DNA of 64,000 nucleotides from Leptogorgia sarmentosa (Eukaryota): NCBI GenBank assembly GCA_964658305.1, contig OZ210885.1, positions 186,001 to 250,000 of the forward strand, read 5' to 3'. Shown piece by piece: positions 1 to 13,176 of this stretch (position 1 is its first letter; each line of letters starts with the position of its first letter). The notes under the pieces were generated by a model. It saw only the letters and a program-made list of their open reading frames with translations, ran no database searches and was not told where the DNA came from. The position numbers and the translations under genes were made by a program.

Positions 1-126
1 ACGGTTCGCTCGAAGATATGGATTTTATGTTCTCGTGGCAAGAACAATATCTCACTCGTTCGCTGCGCTCACTCGTGAGATATTGTTCTTGCCACTCGAA
101 CATAAAATCCATATCTTCTCGCAACC
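1..126. repeat. Palindromic (foldback) interspersed element
   Basis: gaagatatggattttatgttc...tggcaagaacaatatctcac pairs with gtgagatattgttcttgcca...gaacataaaatccatatcttc; outer acggtt/aaccgt also pair; regular TC:TC mismatches; may be cut by the window edge. Confidence 0.85.
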
Positions 127-441
127 GTGTAATATCCTATATATATGAACAATTTTTCAGCTAATAATTTTCGATAACTATTGTGCTGCTGCTGGTCACA
201 AATGCAAATTAAAAATTCGACGCCATAACTTTTGCCCTTTCACAATCACCAGCCATGCATACAGTACGCGAACGCATAGTTAAAACAATCATGCTTGTAC
301 ACATGGCTGTCTGCAGGTAACAGAATTTTGGTCTTTTTAGACCTTATAGTATATTCGAGTTTTACTTTAACTATATAACTGTAGACCAAGTTATCTCAAA
401 CGGCGTGAATGAACTTGTACATAATGGCATGTTCATTTTAG

Positions 442-2941
442 AAACCACCAAGGCAAGAAGAATTTGATATGTTGATCAATGAGCAGGGATGGAAATACAC
501 TGAGAAAATTACTTTTGACATGACAAAGAAAACTGTCGTTCGTCAAGTGCCGGCCCATCGACACCTTAACGAGTCAAATGTCATGGAGGATTTTGTTTCC
601 GTAAGTATTGCTTTTCATAAAAATGGTCAATATTATAGCATCAATTGTACTGTTAATAAATTAAAATATGCGTATTAATTTGCATATTCACCGTTAATCT
701 CAAGTTGCGTTATTAAAGCTTAACATCTCAACTGAATTCAATGAGAATGAGAATTCTGGAAACTTGACGTTTTTAAAAAATGACGCACAGGAATTGAGAG
801 ATATTATTTCACGCAGTTTATAATGGTTGATGTCAAAATAAAGTAGTGAAGGAAGCCAAAGAAAATAGACCAACATAATATGACGACCAAAAACATTACA
901 ACTGTTCAGCTAGTTAGAAAAAATGGACAATGATTCATTGATTCTGTTATTTCATTGCACCGATTGCGTAACAGGGAAAATGTTTAAAAGATTAATCGAA
1001 ATGATGAGATTTATTATACAGTGTTAAAGAGCATCCCAAAGTTTGTACCATTACCAAGTACTACGGTACGGTACGGAAAATATAGCCGTGCAGAAAATTT
1101 TGTATACCTGACGACGTGTGAACTAATTTAGTTGTAATGGATTTTGGTTGAATGAATTCGTTTTCATATTCTGTAGAACATCACGATAACTCGTATTCCC
1201 ATTCAACGTGTATGCTATGTTCGATCGAAGTCACCCGAAGAGCCATCTCTGGAAGTTCTCAAGAAAAGCATGGACAAGGTACCTCTTTAGATATTTGACA
1301 CTTCCAAGTGCCATTTTATGTTTTCAGCCAAGGGGAGAATGGACAATTGGTTGGTTGCGGTTGTTAGTTATATGACGCCTCGTTTATATACGTCGCTTTA
1401 TGTCGAACTTTCGTCGTGTCAAATGCCATTCAAGCAATAGATAATAAGGTAAGATTGTCGGAATTGCATTTAACACGATTGAAGTTCCACATAGGATCGA
1501 CGTATGAACCAGGCCTTAATCTTTCTCACCAAAGTCACTTGGCCTAAATCCGCTATACTCTGGAGCAACTTTCCTAATGCTTTCCTTGAGCAAATTTAAA
1601 TTTAAAGTTGTAATTGCAAATTTGTCCTTATACAAATAAGTATAGTCATAGTCATTGTAAAGTTTACAATCTCAAAAATATGTAATCTTATAACCAATAA
1701 ATGAACGCCAAAAAATGGCGACCAGATCAACTGTGAAAAAGCCTATTGATCCATTGGCTACAACCCGCCATTTCGCGATCACAATTTTGTTAGTTGAACA
1801 AGGACTTTCAAATTTACTCCATCAACAATTTCCTATAAATTCATTGCAGGTGTCAGGTCAAAACTACAGAATGAAAGGAGGATTGAGAACTGTCGCAACT
1901 CGGTGGGTGATTACAGGAAAAGTTGATGTGTCAAGACTTGGTAAAGAAGTTATTGAGTTTTGTCGAGGTATGGAAATCTACGAAGTAGAAGAGTATGCAA
2001 AAGATGGTGCCAAAGTACTCAAAGGTAAGCTATGTAGCAATTTCATTTTCAATTGAGAATATGGTTATACTTCCCTTCGTTAAATGAGCAAAGTGTTTTA
2101 TAGACAACTATAAAACACTTTAGAATCACTATTCACTCGGGACCAAAATGGCGCATTTACCGTACACAACGCTTGTATGGAAGTGGCGTATCAGCGAATT
2201 TCCATCTCGTTGTTGTCAAAATGGTCACCCACGTCAAGGTTTATAACGTTGAGGGATAAAGATGAATCAATTGGAATTCGTTTGACATTTTAAATAGTTT
2301 TATATACTGAATACTTTGCACTGTTGCATGCTGTGTTGTGTACCTGCAAAACGCGTCAACCGCCCTTATCGCTTCCAAAACATTAATTTTTATCTTCATA
2401 ATCTCTTGGTGTATTGTTGTTCCACTGTAAATAGCTATACATAAGAAATAAAACTGCGCTCAGTACCTGAAATATTCTTCTTCCTAACATTGGCTTAACG
2501 TAAGCTCTGTTGACCCCCAGCTCTCGCGTCTATCTGCTAACCCTCCTCCACTTCGCCTAGTCAGCATAGAGAATAGGTTATAATTACTTCAATCTCTCGA
2601 CAGACGACACAATCGCACACTCACTGCATGTGTATAATCTTCCTTCAACCCTCCTCCTTCCAAATTGGCTCATTGCAACACCATTTAAACAATCATTTTA
2701 TTTTACAGCTATTTCTAGAAAAAAGAGAGACGAAGATTGGGTACTTTGCCGTCCTTGGAGTGTTGTAAAAGAGGAATTGAAAAGTTGTGATAGATCTGAA
2801 AGGGTGCTTAAGTGCAAGTTTACCACTCAAAATTGCTTTTATTATGTCACATGTACAGGCACATGGGTTGACCTGAGAGATCAATGCACGTCTACTCACA
2901 AATATGACGATTTTGTCTGCTGCACACCAAGTTGTCCGTAA
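442..2941 (+). CDS. BRICHOS-domain precursor with furin site and Cys-rich C-terminal peptide (5' end not found); exons 442-600, 1177-1278, 1850-2024, 2709-2941
   Basis: Four GT-AG exons join in frame. BRICHOS-like motifs EDFVSNITITR, RVCYV and IEFCRGMEIY (two conserved Cys) are followed by RKKR and a 70-aa peptide with 9 Cys ending CCTPSCP*. Confidence 0.75.
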
Positions 2942-3469
2942 TTATTTTAGAAAATCAATGAAGCAAGAAATTCCACGCGGAAATACTGTTGCATATGTGC
3001 AATCATGTATCCTAAAAATAGCTTCTGAAACATTTACTATAATATACAGTATATATATATATATAAAATTATATAATCATCAAAATGTCAGCGCCTGGAT
3101 TTAGGCGTCTTTATTCTGACGATGAATAATTTTGCTGTTGAAACACAGCGTATTAAAAAATTGCGAAATTCAAACCATTAAAAAATTGCCATATTCAAAC
3201 CATGTTTTACAATTCATGTATTACACGAAATACTTTTCAAGACAGGGATCCCACCACGCCCCATACCCTCCCCCCCCCGCCCCATGCATTGGCCCCCACT
3301 AGACGAATTCGGCCCTCCTAGTAAAAGTCCCTTTTTGTCAGGAAATGAGCAAAAATAATGCTAAAATTGCAGGAAATCAAGTCTAGGGAGCTCACAAATC
3401 CAAAAATGTTCTGGAAGAGTGGCACCCAAATCCCATAAATGTACATTTTTTATTGATACATAATTATTT

Positions 3470-4130
3470 CCCTTTCGTTTGGAATTTTGTCAAGACCAGA
3501 GGATTTCTTCTCGTCAATCATTTTCAACAACCTGTGAACTTTATCAATTCGTTGGAATTTCCAGGCTAAATGTCTTATCTGTCTGCATGGTGAGAGATAA
3601 ACTTCTGGATTATGCCCACGAGCACTGAGGTATCCCAGTAGCCAGATTTGCCCCAATATTTGAAAAATCGCTATTAAACATTTCAACATTTCATCTCATG
3701 GGGAGAGGTTATCATTTGTTCATCAATTTTAATTTTCTTTAGTATTTTTCAACAGTTTCGAGAATTTAATTCATTAATTAGCTTCCACGATAACATCTCT
3801 ATGAGAATATCAAGATTTTTATTAAAATAAGATCGTTTTGCTCTATTGATTTTATTATTGATCTGATTTTTTATTTTTCCATATTGATTCCACCATTGTG
3901 GATCTTTACAGGAGATAGTTCCTTTGTTAAATAATAACGATCAAATGTTAGATGTTTAATTCATTACTATAACCCGTAAAATCATCTCAATTAAAATTTT
4001 TCATCGATCTTTGGTCTTTGTATCTACCTGTACGTCATGAGCTTTGCGAGGAATGTACACCATCGAGTGGTCACTGATTGAGAGTTGAATTACGCCAGAA
4101 TCAACAACCGTCGATAATGTATTCGTTGGG
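3470..4130 (-). mobile_element. Degraded non-LTR retrotransposon (CR1/L2-like ORF2) fragment
   Basis: Minus-strand pieces VVDSGVIQLSISDHSMVY (end of the APE endonuclease, SDH motif), SWKLINEL and KKSSGLDKIP (pre-RT region), broken by stops and frameshifts. Confidence 0.7.
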
Positions 4131-5147
4131 AAGTTCAGCAGTTGCATGACGTAATGTACCTATAGTGAAATGATGTTAACGTGATGAGCGCTGAGTTGTG
4201 ATCACTGCATGATCAGTTTTAAACGCTGCAATTCGTCCGGGTTGAAACTAAGGAATTGCTCTTCACCGATTATTGCTGACCAAAATCTGGATCGGATGTG
4301 TCACATCTGATAGTAATGACAGAAGCTTGATGCAGATGTAGCATCTTCCTGAAGCCATAAATGCCTTCCTGTTGATTCTCACAACACACGCAGCTTCTTC
4401 CTTTCCCAAATACAGACATGCTTCAGTAGCAGCATGAAGGAAGATCTGATTTCAACTTCCTTTTCAACAATAAACATTGAATGTAAAAATGCAGATTCAG
4501 AATCGTAATTTTAAACTTTATGCATAGTTAGATCTTGTAAAGATTGAAACAAACATTTTTGTACTTAAGCGGCAGATTTCGGGAAGCAATTTTTCGGTTT
4601 AATACGTCAATGTAATTCATGTAATACTAAATACATAGGTTCTATAGCTCAAATTCCGCGCATGCGCAGACGTTTTTCCGCGGTGTTTGTAATACTTGTC
4701 TCACATTTCTACCCAAAGTGAACGTACGTTCTGCGCATGCGCGTCCGTTATTTCTCGCCATGATAAGTGTTAAATATTTAACACAAATATAACGCATAAA
4801 CAGACACATTTACAAAACATTGTGATCTTACAAAAATATATAATTTCGGTGCAGACTACATACAGGATACTGAGAATAGTGAATCTTGTAGATTAATTAC
4901 TTTGCATGAGCAAAGGAACTTCACAAATCAATAGGTTAGGTTATAGCTGTGAGTGACATATGCGTGGCACGTTTTATGTAAAAATGATGATTTGTCATAC
5001 AGATAAGAAAAAGTATAATTGATGCGATGTCGCTTCGGCAACTGATTAATGATTTACAAAGGCTCGTGTAATTGTTGAAAAATGACAAAATACATCGCTC
5101 CTGTGAAATCCTTGATTCTGTTTATTCTGAAATAACTTGCCTCCGCC

Positions 5148-8100
5148 ATGGTACATCTAGCTATATTGCGGGTTGTTATTTTCATACATTGGCTGTATCC
5201 TGAACTCAACAGTGTTTAGATATTTTATTAACTAGAATGTTAACGACCACCTGTTCCTGGTCTCCGCGGCGCTCAATGCAAATCAGACACAAAAATATAT
5301 ATACGCGTTGTTTTCTTAAACCGTTTCATGCCTCATGGCCTAGCTTCTTCACTCAAACGTATTTTAAGTCGCACAATTTCATAATAAACAATGTCTTACA
5401 CATAGTCTTATTGCCTTAAGTTTAGTTGACATAAAAATTGTGGTGAATTTTCCAACTAAGTACAAATCTGCACAAAATTTTAATTAAAATTACTTTCATG
5501 ATAATTTTAATTAATCGTCCGCCAATAAAAACGTTTTAATAATAATATAGCTTTCTTGATAACATCGAAATCATTCAATAACACAATACTAGATCAGTTG
5601 GGACTCTACATACACGTATTAAAAAAACTGCTTTAACTGTTTGAAAGATATTTTCCAATGTCATGGTCGTCGGTTAATGTTATGTCTGCGAGAAAGCCAA
5701 ACAGTTGGATTTCTTATATATTTTTTTGTATTTTGTTATGTCAAGACAATTTTGTCGCGCTAATGAATGGCGAGTTTTGCTTTGATGGCAAAAACGAAGG
5801 TAACTAATCTGGTTTGTGTAAATATTTTAACAGTATTCCTGAGTGTTTTATACTTTTAATATGATTCTCACAGGCTTTACACATATTTCGAAATGTGTAC
5901 ATTATACGTTTTGGCAGTATTGATATCAATGTTTACCAAAAGAAAGGGGCACATCTGAAGTTGACCCGGCTGCATGGAGACATTATTATTTTTAAAAACA
6001 GGGCTTAATATATCGACCTATCGAATGTTTTATCTGGTTCGGGCTGTCGTTCAAATGTGTCGGATGCCCTAATGAATGTTTTAATTTCGACTTGGGCACA
6101 TTATTGCAAATATATAGCTTTTATTTTGAAGAACAGAGGCCGATCATGAAGAGTAATAAACTAATAATGCTTGAACAATTGAAGGGAACGTTTAAAAGCT
6201 GGGACTTGATTCTCAAGCATTCTACGCAAATTTCCTGAGCGTACTTTTGCTTTTCTATTTCTTTTTTAAAAATAATTAAAAGGCTAACCAATAAATAATA
6301 GCAAATAAAGGCTAACCATTCATATTGAAAATCAATACTAAACTTCGAGACATGGGATAGCAGTACACATACAATGTCATGGATTGTTTTTATCTCGTCG
6401 CTTAGCAACAAACATGAATTTTTAAACTGTAGAAGGCAGCCAGAATATTCTAAATGTTTGGCAATGTCTGAAGGAGAGCTGTTAAAACAAGCATTGGAAT
6501 AGCCCACATTTAAACATGAATGTAATGAAAATAGCTCGAAAATGGGAATTTTCGTGAAACTTTGTTAGCAAAGTCAGCTCAATTTTAACGTGTATAAGTA
6601 AATAAATCAATTTTCAAACAAAAGCAGCTAGGTAAGATATTTTGATTTTAAAAATTACTGTGGTATGAAAACATGGGTTCTCATAGATTTTGGGCAATCT
6701 GCACCACGTACTGGTATTAATATAATTTTGTACAGATAGTCAGTATAATTATGCATGCATGAAATACTAGCTAGTTACCGGCATACGTCATTAGATATCT
6801 GTTCATAGCATTCCGGCCAATGGCATGGTGTTACTCACATGCATCACGTGTATTTATATCTGGAAACCCCGTGAGACGAGAGACTTGAATTACTGCAAGT
6901 GGGAAGGGCATTGAACAATATGGGAGATGAGGGGTAAAAAAAAGATTATAATTTAATTTCCCATCTTTAGGATTATTAGATAGAAGGTCTCCCAAATATA
7001 TAGTACCCTCTACAGAAATCACATTTTTTATAGTTATATGTGTGGATATATTCTAAAACGAACAGCAACACAATTAAGGTTATGGCTTCGCCTTGCCGTC
7101 AGTTTGAGTGGGAATGCTTCAACTGTCCACGACCTACGCATCCACAGCGGACAATTTGCTGAAATAACTTTGAATTAACTGAAGTGATTTTGCTTGCTTC
7201 GATCGTCACGTCAAATGTCGAAGAGAATTGTTATAAATACTTCTGCCACGTTTAACAACAAAAGAGATTATTTCAATAGAGGGTAATTTTTGGCAAACGC
7301 TGTACAGTAAACTGTGTTGATAAATAACTTTTAAATACACTAAAACATCAATTATATATACTTTCAATTGCTTTTCCCATCACATGCACCGACAATAACA
7401 CACATACAATACATGGACTTAGTATCTTGCAGTTATTGAACATAATTATTATATCCTTTCTACAAATCTTGCAAATCCTTCACCTCGTAGCTCGCAATAT
7501 GATTCCTCTCACACATCACTGCATGCTTTATACTTTCTCGTCCACTTTGCCGATCTTTAAATATATACGAACGTCTCAATATACAACGCGTTGTTTGTAG
7601 AATTACAGTATTGGGATGGTTAACAATACTTTCTTTCATCCTTTGGAGATTTCAATATCTCCTCTTTTTTGCAACTAGGTCCGATTCTTTCTTTAAAGGC
7701 GAACAAACACTGCAACATCAACGCCTTCACTCGTCCCTTCGTTACGCATTCGCCTGATTAAACAACTTAATGCAGTTATTACTGCCTCTGTCTGCTATGA
7801 ATATCTAATGACGTCCAATGTTTTAGACTTGGGTTCCAAATCCCAAAGTGCCACAAACAAACGCTTGATTACGCCTCGCCATTTTTTGTGCCAATTGGAT
7901 TTAGAAACCATGTCTAACATGAATAGTGCCTACATAGCAATTCTTCAAAGAAAACAATATTTTTATTAAACATTTTTAACAAAACACAAAGGGGAGTATC
8001 GTCATAAGCAATTTACAAGATACGTAGTTATTAACAGCGAAAATTCAACGTTCTCTCTTTCAAAATTTCAAACAATTGTTCATGCTCCAACAATTTGCAT

Positions 8101-11100
8101 ACAGGGAATTCGGTCAGTCAGTTTCTTTTGTACTTATAATTAATTGTTATACCTATAACTACGTGTGACAACAAAGTTATCATAAATATTTAATGTTTTC
8201 TCGTTGCTTGCGTTTGCGCTTTCACAGTGAAGGCAAATCCTTCCAGATAATATTTAATTTCTACTTTAAATGTCAACTTAACTGTTAATTGTTAACTTAA
8301 TTGTCTATTTCAATATGTGACGAAAAGTATTTTAGACGAAGACATCCCCCCCCCCTCCCCGCATCACGTGGTCTTTTTTAGAGCTACCTTCCAGCCCAGT
8401 AGCCAGCCAAGTATTACGAACGACATAGTTTATAAAGTTACGATTTTCTTTGTTAAAATAAATTATAAACATTACTATTTTGTATGTGCAGGTCGTCGCT
8501 TGAACACAGCCGTCCTAAAGAAAGTGCATGCGTTGTCAGGGCCAGAATGCGTGCTTCATTGCTTCAATGACACTTGTTGCAGATCTGTCAACTTCAACAA
8601 ACGTTGTAAATCACCAGGAAATTGTGAATTACTTCATGATGTGCCGTCAGAGAAGCCTGGAAATGTCATATTTGACGAAGGTTTTGATAATTTAGTCTTG
8701 CTTCAGCCAAGCAGAGTAAGTTCGCATTCCCACGCATCCAGGGGCGGATCCAGGATTTTTCGTACCTTAGTCAAAAAATTTTCGACACATTCCGGGGAAG
8801 AAACTTTTTTGACAACAGGGGGGGGGGAGGGGCAAAAAATACAGGCAACTGCAATGTGCAAAATTTTGACTGGTTGCCAGGCTAGATCGCTAACTCCATG
8901 TCTATGTTCCAATCAGAAACGCTAGTCAGATGTTAGATATCGATAAAGAGATCAGATTGCAATGACACATCACACCAGGCCACGTGTGATATTACTCAGA
9001 CAAATAAAGCATAACATATAAAATCATATTATAAATATATTCTAAATAACACAACACTCCCACTGTAGTGTTAATACTAGTGTATTTGAATAGTGTATCG
9101 GTTACTTAATTAGCATTCAGCATGGATTAGAACAAGCGAGCGCAAAATTATGCAAATTTAATTGACTATCTAATAGTAATATATCAAGTCTTCCCGGCTG
9201 CCGCAAGCAAGACGCGTAACGCGAGAAATGTATAGACGCTATTTAGTATTTATTAACACGAGAAAGACATAAACCAGCATTATAAGAAACAAATAATACT
9301 AATATCTTGACCTTATTGCAGTACAGATCTTGTCTTTCCCTTCTCGAGCAGATTTGGGGATGAACGATTCAGCACTATAGCTTCGCCTGAGGCACATGTC
9401 TATGTTGTTTATATAATCGCGCTCAACAACTCTTCGACCGATGGACCTCTTCTCGCTTCAACCTCGCGTTTTAAATCGTCATACATATTTTGAGGGTAGA
9501 CTTGGTCGTTTTGCTGAAACGCCGAGCGTACACTCTCGAAAATATCACAAGACATTGTGAAATACTCGCTGTATTCTCTCCTTTGCGTTCAAGGCTCACA
9601 GTATGGAAAAGGCGCTAATACGAGACCAGCTCTCTGAACGTCTGATCGGTCATGATCGATCAAGAAATTACAACCAATGGGAATGAAGATACTCTTTTGA
9701 ATTAGCCAATTGAGTGGCTTGTATGAGCTCTAACACACCCCCAACATGCCCCTAGATCGATCAGACCAACCTCTAGATCGATCAAAACCTGGGTCGCCAT
9801 GGAGAACTACGAAATGGCCAATCAGATTGCGCGAATTTGACATGTGACCGATCAAAACTCACGCGCTAGGCCGCTGTTCACTTGTACTGACACAAGATAA
9901 AAGATTAATGTGCAACTGGACGAAATTTTAAACTGGACCGCATTTTCGCACTAGAATAATAGATGAGAAAAAATTTCATGAACTGCATTTTTTACGTTAG
10001 TCGCGTGATCGCTTTGACTACCCCTGGATCCGCCCCTGCACGCATCATGATGGGAAATTGACAAGTAATTTAGCCACTTTTCCAACGGCCCATTTAGGCG
10101 TCATTGTTGGCGCTGCTTTTCATGTTTCAGCCTATAAACATGACAATCGCTGCTTTTCATGTTTCAGCCTATAAACATGACAATCTGCGACTTTTGTATT
10201 CGTATGGTGGTGAAATTACAATTACAACGATGAAAACTTTTAATTCCTTTTCATAAGAATTGTCTCACCAAATATTATCATAGGCCTACTCCAGGGTGCA
10301 AGATCGCCTGAGATCGCCTAAGATCGCCTGAGAACGCCTAAAATTGCTCAAGATTGCCTATGATCGACATATATTACATACAAAGGACTTAATAGGGGTC
10401 TGAATTGAGAGAAGGCATCAACTTTTTTATAGTCCCAAGTAAACCTTACATAATATCACCCAAGATTGCCTGAGATCGCCCAAGATCGCATAAGAACGCT
10501 CATGATCGCCTTGAATTTTGGCATCCCCCCCCCTAATATCGCTTAATATCGCAATTAATACGCGGCGACCTTGGACCCTAGAGTAGGTCTTATCATAGAC
10601 TCATGCTGGTCATGTTGCTAACGAAGAAAAATAAATGCGAAGGATTACTGTTCGCACTACTGTATCGCAAATCAATGCTTTGTCCTAACTTTATTTTTAG
10701 GCGTTTAATTGCAGATGTGTTTCTTGCAAGAAGAATGAAAGGTGTTATGAAGAATTCAAGAATTGTTCTTGCGCTTTTGGTTTTGTTGGAAATGAATGCA
10801 TAGAAGGTAATGTTAGATTTAATGAACCGCAAAAGATGATGAGTAACGCAACAGTAGGACTGCAATGGACAACGTTTTACTCGCGAATGTTTGCCACTCT
10901 TGTAGATTTTCGTTCTTCTTCAAAGCGGTAAAATTTAGCCGCCCAAAGTTCGAATTGTGCATTAGTTCTCATTAACAATACTAATGATGATAATGATGGT
11001 GATCAAAGGAGGCGGGTAAAAAATTAGTTCTCATTAACAATTACTAATGATGATAATGATGGTGATCAGAGGAGACGGGTAAAAAATTTCAGAAGGGCTG

Positions 11101-12093
11101 ACAGTCATTTGAAGATGGTGCATGCTAAAGGGGTATAAAATGGGAACTCAGATTTGCTTATTTTTCGATGGGAAAATGGGATTTCATGAACTAGGACTGG
11201 GATTCATCCACCAAAAAACAATAAAAATGGGAATGGGATTAAGATTTGAGCAGGAAAGCCATTGTAACGATGGGATTTGCGCTGTCGCACACTGAGATTT
11301 AGTCAAAATTTGAGCTGGGGATGGGTCCCCTTCTGAACCATCTTTGAACGTACGTCCTGATGTTTTTGCTTATTTTCTTTTCAGCTAATGTTTTCTGTGA
11401 CACTTATAAATGGTGGAGCAATGAGAACTATACAGATGAATGGTCAAATTGCCCTTCATCGATGTTAATGCTGGGTTTGAATCGAACTACCGCTGACACA
11501 CATGTAGTTGATACATTAATCAGCATAGTGGGAATGAAGTGCTGCAACGTTACCAACACAAATTTACAATCGGAGTGCATTATTGAAAGCAGTTTGCAAT
11601 ATGCCCTTGATAGGCAAGTTTTTTCTAAAGTATACTTTTCTAAGTATACTTCACACTTGCGGGTCCATCAACAATCCCTCCCTCCCTCCCCCTCCACCTC
11701 CCCCCTCCCCCCTCCCCTTTCAATAACTCATATCCAATAACGTAATATATCTTTCTATGTTTTGTTAATACAATGTTTTGTGTATTTTGGTTTAGACCGC
11801 ATAACTGGGGTGAATGTCCCGAAGGATATTTTCTCAATGGCCTGGACAACAAACTTAGAGAGGGAAGTAGATTATCGAACATTGATAACGCCCAATGTTG
11901 CAAACTACAGGGATTTACCAACAAATATTCAGATTGTTACGAAGAAAATGTCGCCCAAACTATCCACCACACTAAAGCTGGTATGTCCCAATGTTCCAAA
12001 GAAAAATACTTTATTGCAGGACTGTATAAAGCTAATTGTGACCACATGCATTGTATTACTAAATTTAAATGCTGTCGTATGGAGTCCCTTTAG
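5148..12093 (+). CDS. Secreted PAN/apple + EGF-like + triple Cys-repeat protein, about 324 aa; exons 5148-5211 (tentative), 5746-5799 (tentative), 8492-8715, 10701-10806, 11385-11613, 11796-12093
   Basis: All exon phases are compatible. PAN motif CVLHCFNDTCCRSVNF...NCEL; EGF-like CSCAFGFVGNEC; three repeats of approx. C-x4/5-[FL]-x-x-GL...CC. gccATGG start with a hydrophobic N-terminus. The last intron has a GC donor (AG|GCAAGT). Confidence 0.7.
8739..10038. mobile_element. Non-autonomous hAT-like DNA transposon (1.3 kb) in an intron
   Basis: Perfect TIRs caggggcggatccagg / cctggatccgcccctg and an exact 8-bp TSD cacgcatc (8731-8738, 10039-10046); no transposase ORF inside. Confidence 0.9.
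10283..10589. mobile_element. MITE with about 26-bp imperfect TIRs and internal agatcgcct repeats
   Basis: ggcctactccagggtgcaagatcgcc / ggcgaccttggaccctagagtaggtc; flanking direct repeat ttatcata at 10275-10282 and 10590-10597. Confidence 0.8.
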
Positions 12094-12260
12094 TATTCTG
12101 ATATCAGACATTTTGCCGCTTTAGGTATTTCTTTTTTCATTTCTCAAAGCACTAATCTCAGACGTTTAATGTATAAAACTCTGCATTGTTATATAGCTAT
12201 TATGTAATGGTAATTATGATTGGCTAATTGCGGTCACATGACCCCAATTAAATGCGATGT

Positions 12261-12421
12261 TTCCCGCGCGGGGTTATATTTTCATGTTACGCAGTCACGA
12301 AAACGGTGAGGGTTACATGGGGATTGGGTTAGGCATTAGCCGTGAAGTTATTGTTGGGGGGATAGGATGTGATAGCAATGAATTAGTGTGGGTAGCATGA
12401 GTATATAACCCTGCGCGGGAA
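12261..12421. mobile_element. Short MITE-like inverted-repeat element
   Basis: ttcccgcgcggggttatat pairs imperfectly with atataaccctgcgcgggaa. Confidence 0.55.
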
Positions 12422-13176
12422 GTAAGAAAACAATTGTCGCCCTATCAAAACAAAATGGCGGCTTTGAACTTGCAAGTTGATAAGTTTATAATGTTTTCTC
12501 AAGCTTTTTTGAGGACTACAAAAAATACACCTGTAGCAGGCACCGGGAAACGCTGTGCAGGCACGTTTTTAAATTTCAAAATTGCCTAATTTGCCCTATT
12601 TCACGAAAAACAAAACACTTAATACCTCTTTAATACCGGCAAAACACTTAATTTTAAAAATTTAGGGTTTCTAGATCGCTGGAAATTACTATTTCGGAGT
12701 CCAAACTTGACCTTTTTAGTTGGCTTTTTGGGTATATAAATGAAAGATTGTTGACTAAGGCACGGCTTTTACAGTTTTTTTTTTAATCCAGGATCTTTTT
12801 TTGGGGTCTGAACATTGGGGAGGGGGTACGCCCCCCCCCCGGTTCCTACGTCCCTTCAAGTGTATATTATTTTATTATATCAGTATAGAGATTTACGCGC
12901 AGTAGAGCGGTAAAAATTCGTATCTCAATGCATACGATGTTTTTCATCACTGAAATTTTCCGTATCAGCGTTCGCATTGGCTACACGATGTTTTGTATTT
13001 AATTAATTATCTTATTGTATTAGAATTAACAATTATTTACCTCTGTCTTGGTGATTATCGGTGAATATTAATTTTAGTATAATTTCAGTAGTAAAACATG
13101 CGTAAATATGCGTATTGTTTATACTTTATGTGGAAATGTACTGCGTCATATCGACAGTATGATCTCTTTTACTCTA

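Noticed and set aside
161..316. Possible upstream exon of the BRICHOS gene
   Set aside because: The frame needed to join the 442 exon contains a stop and no ATG; the true 5' exon is probably outside the window.
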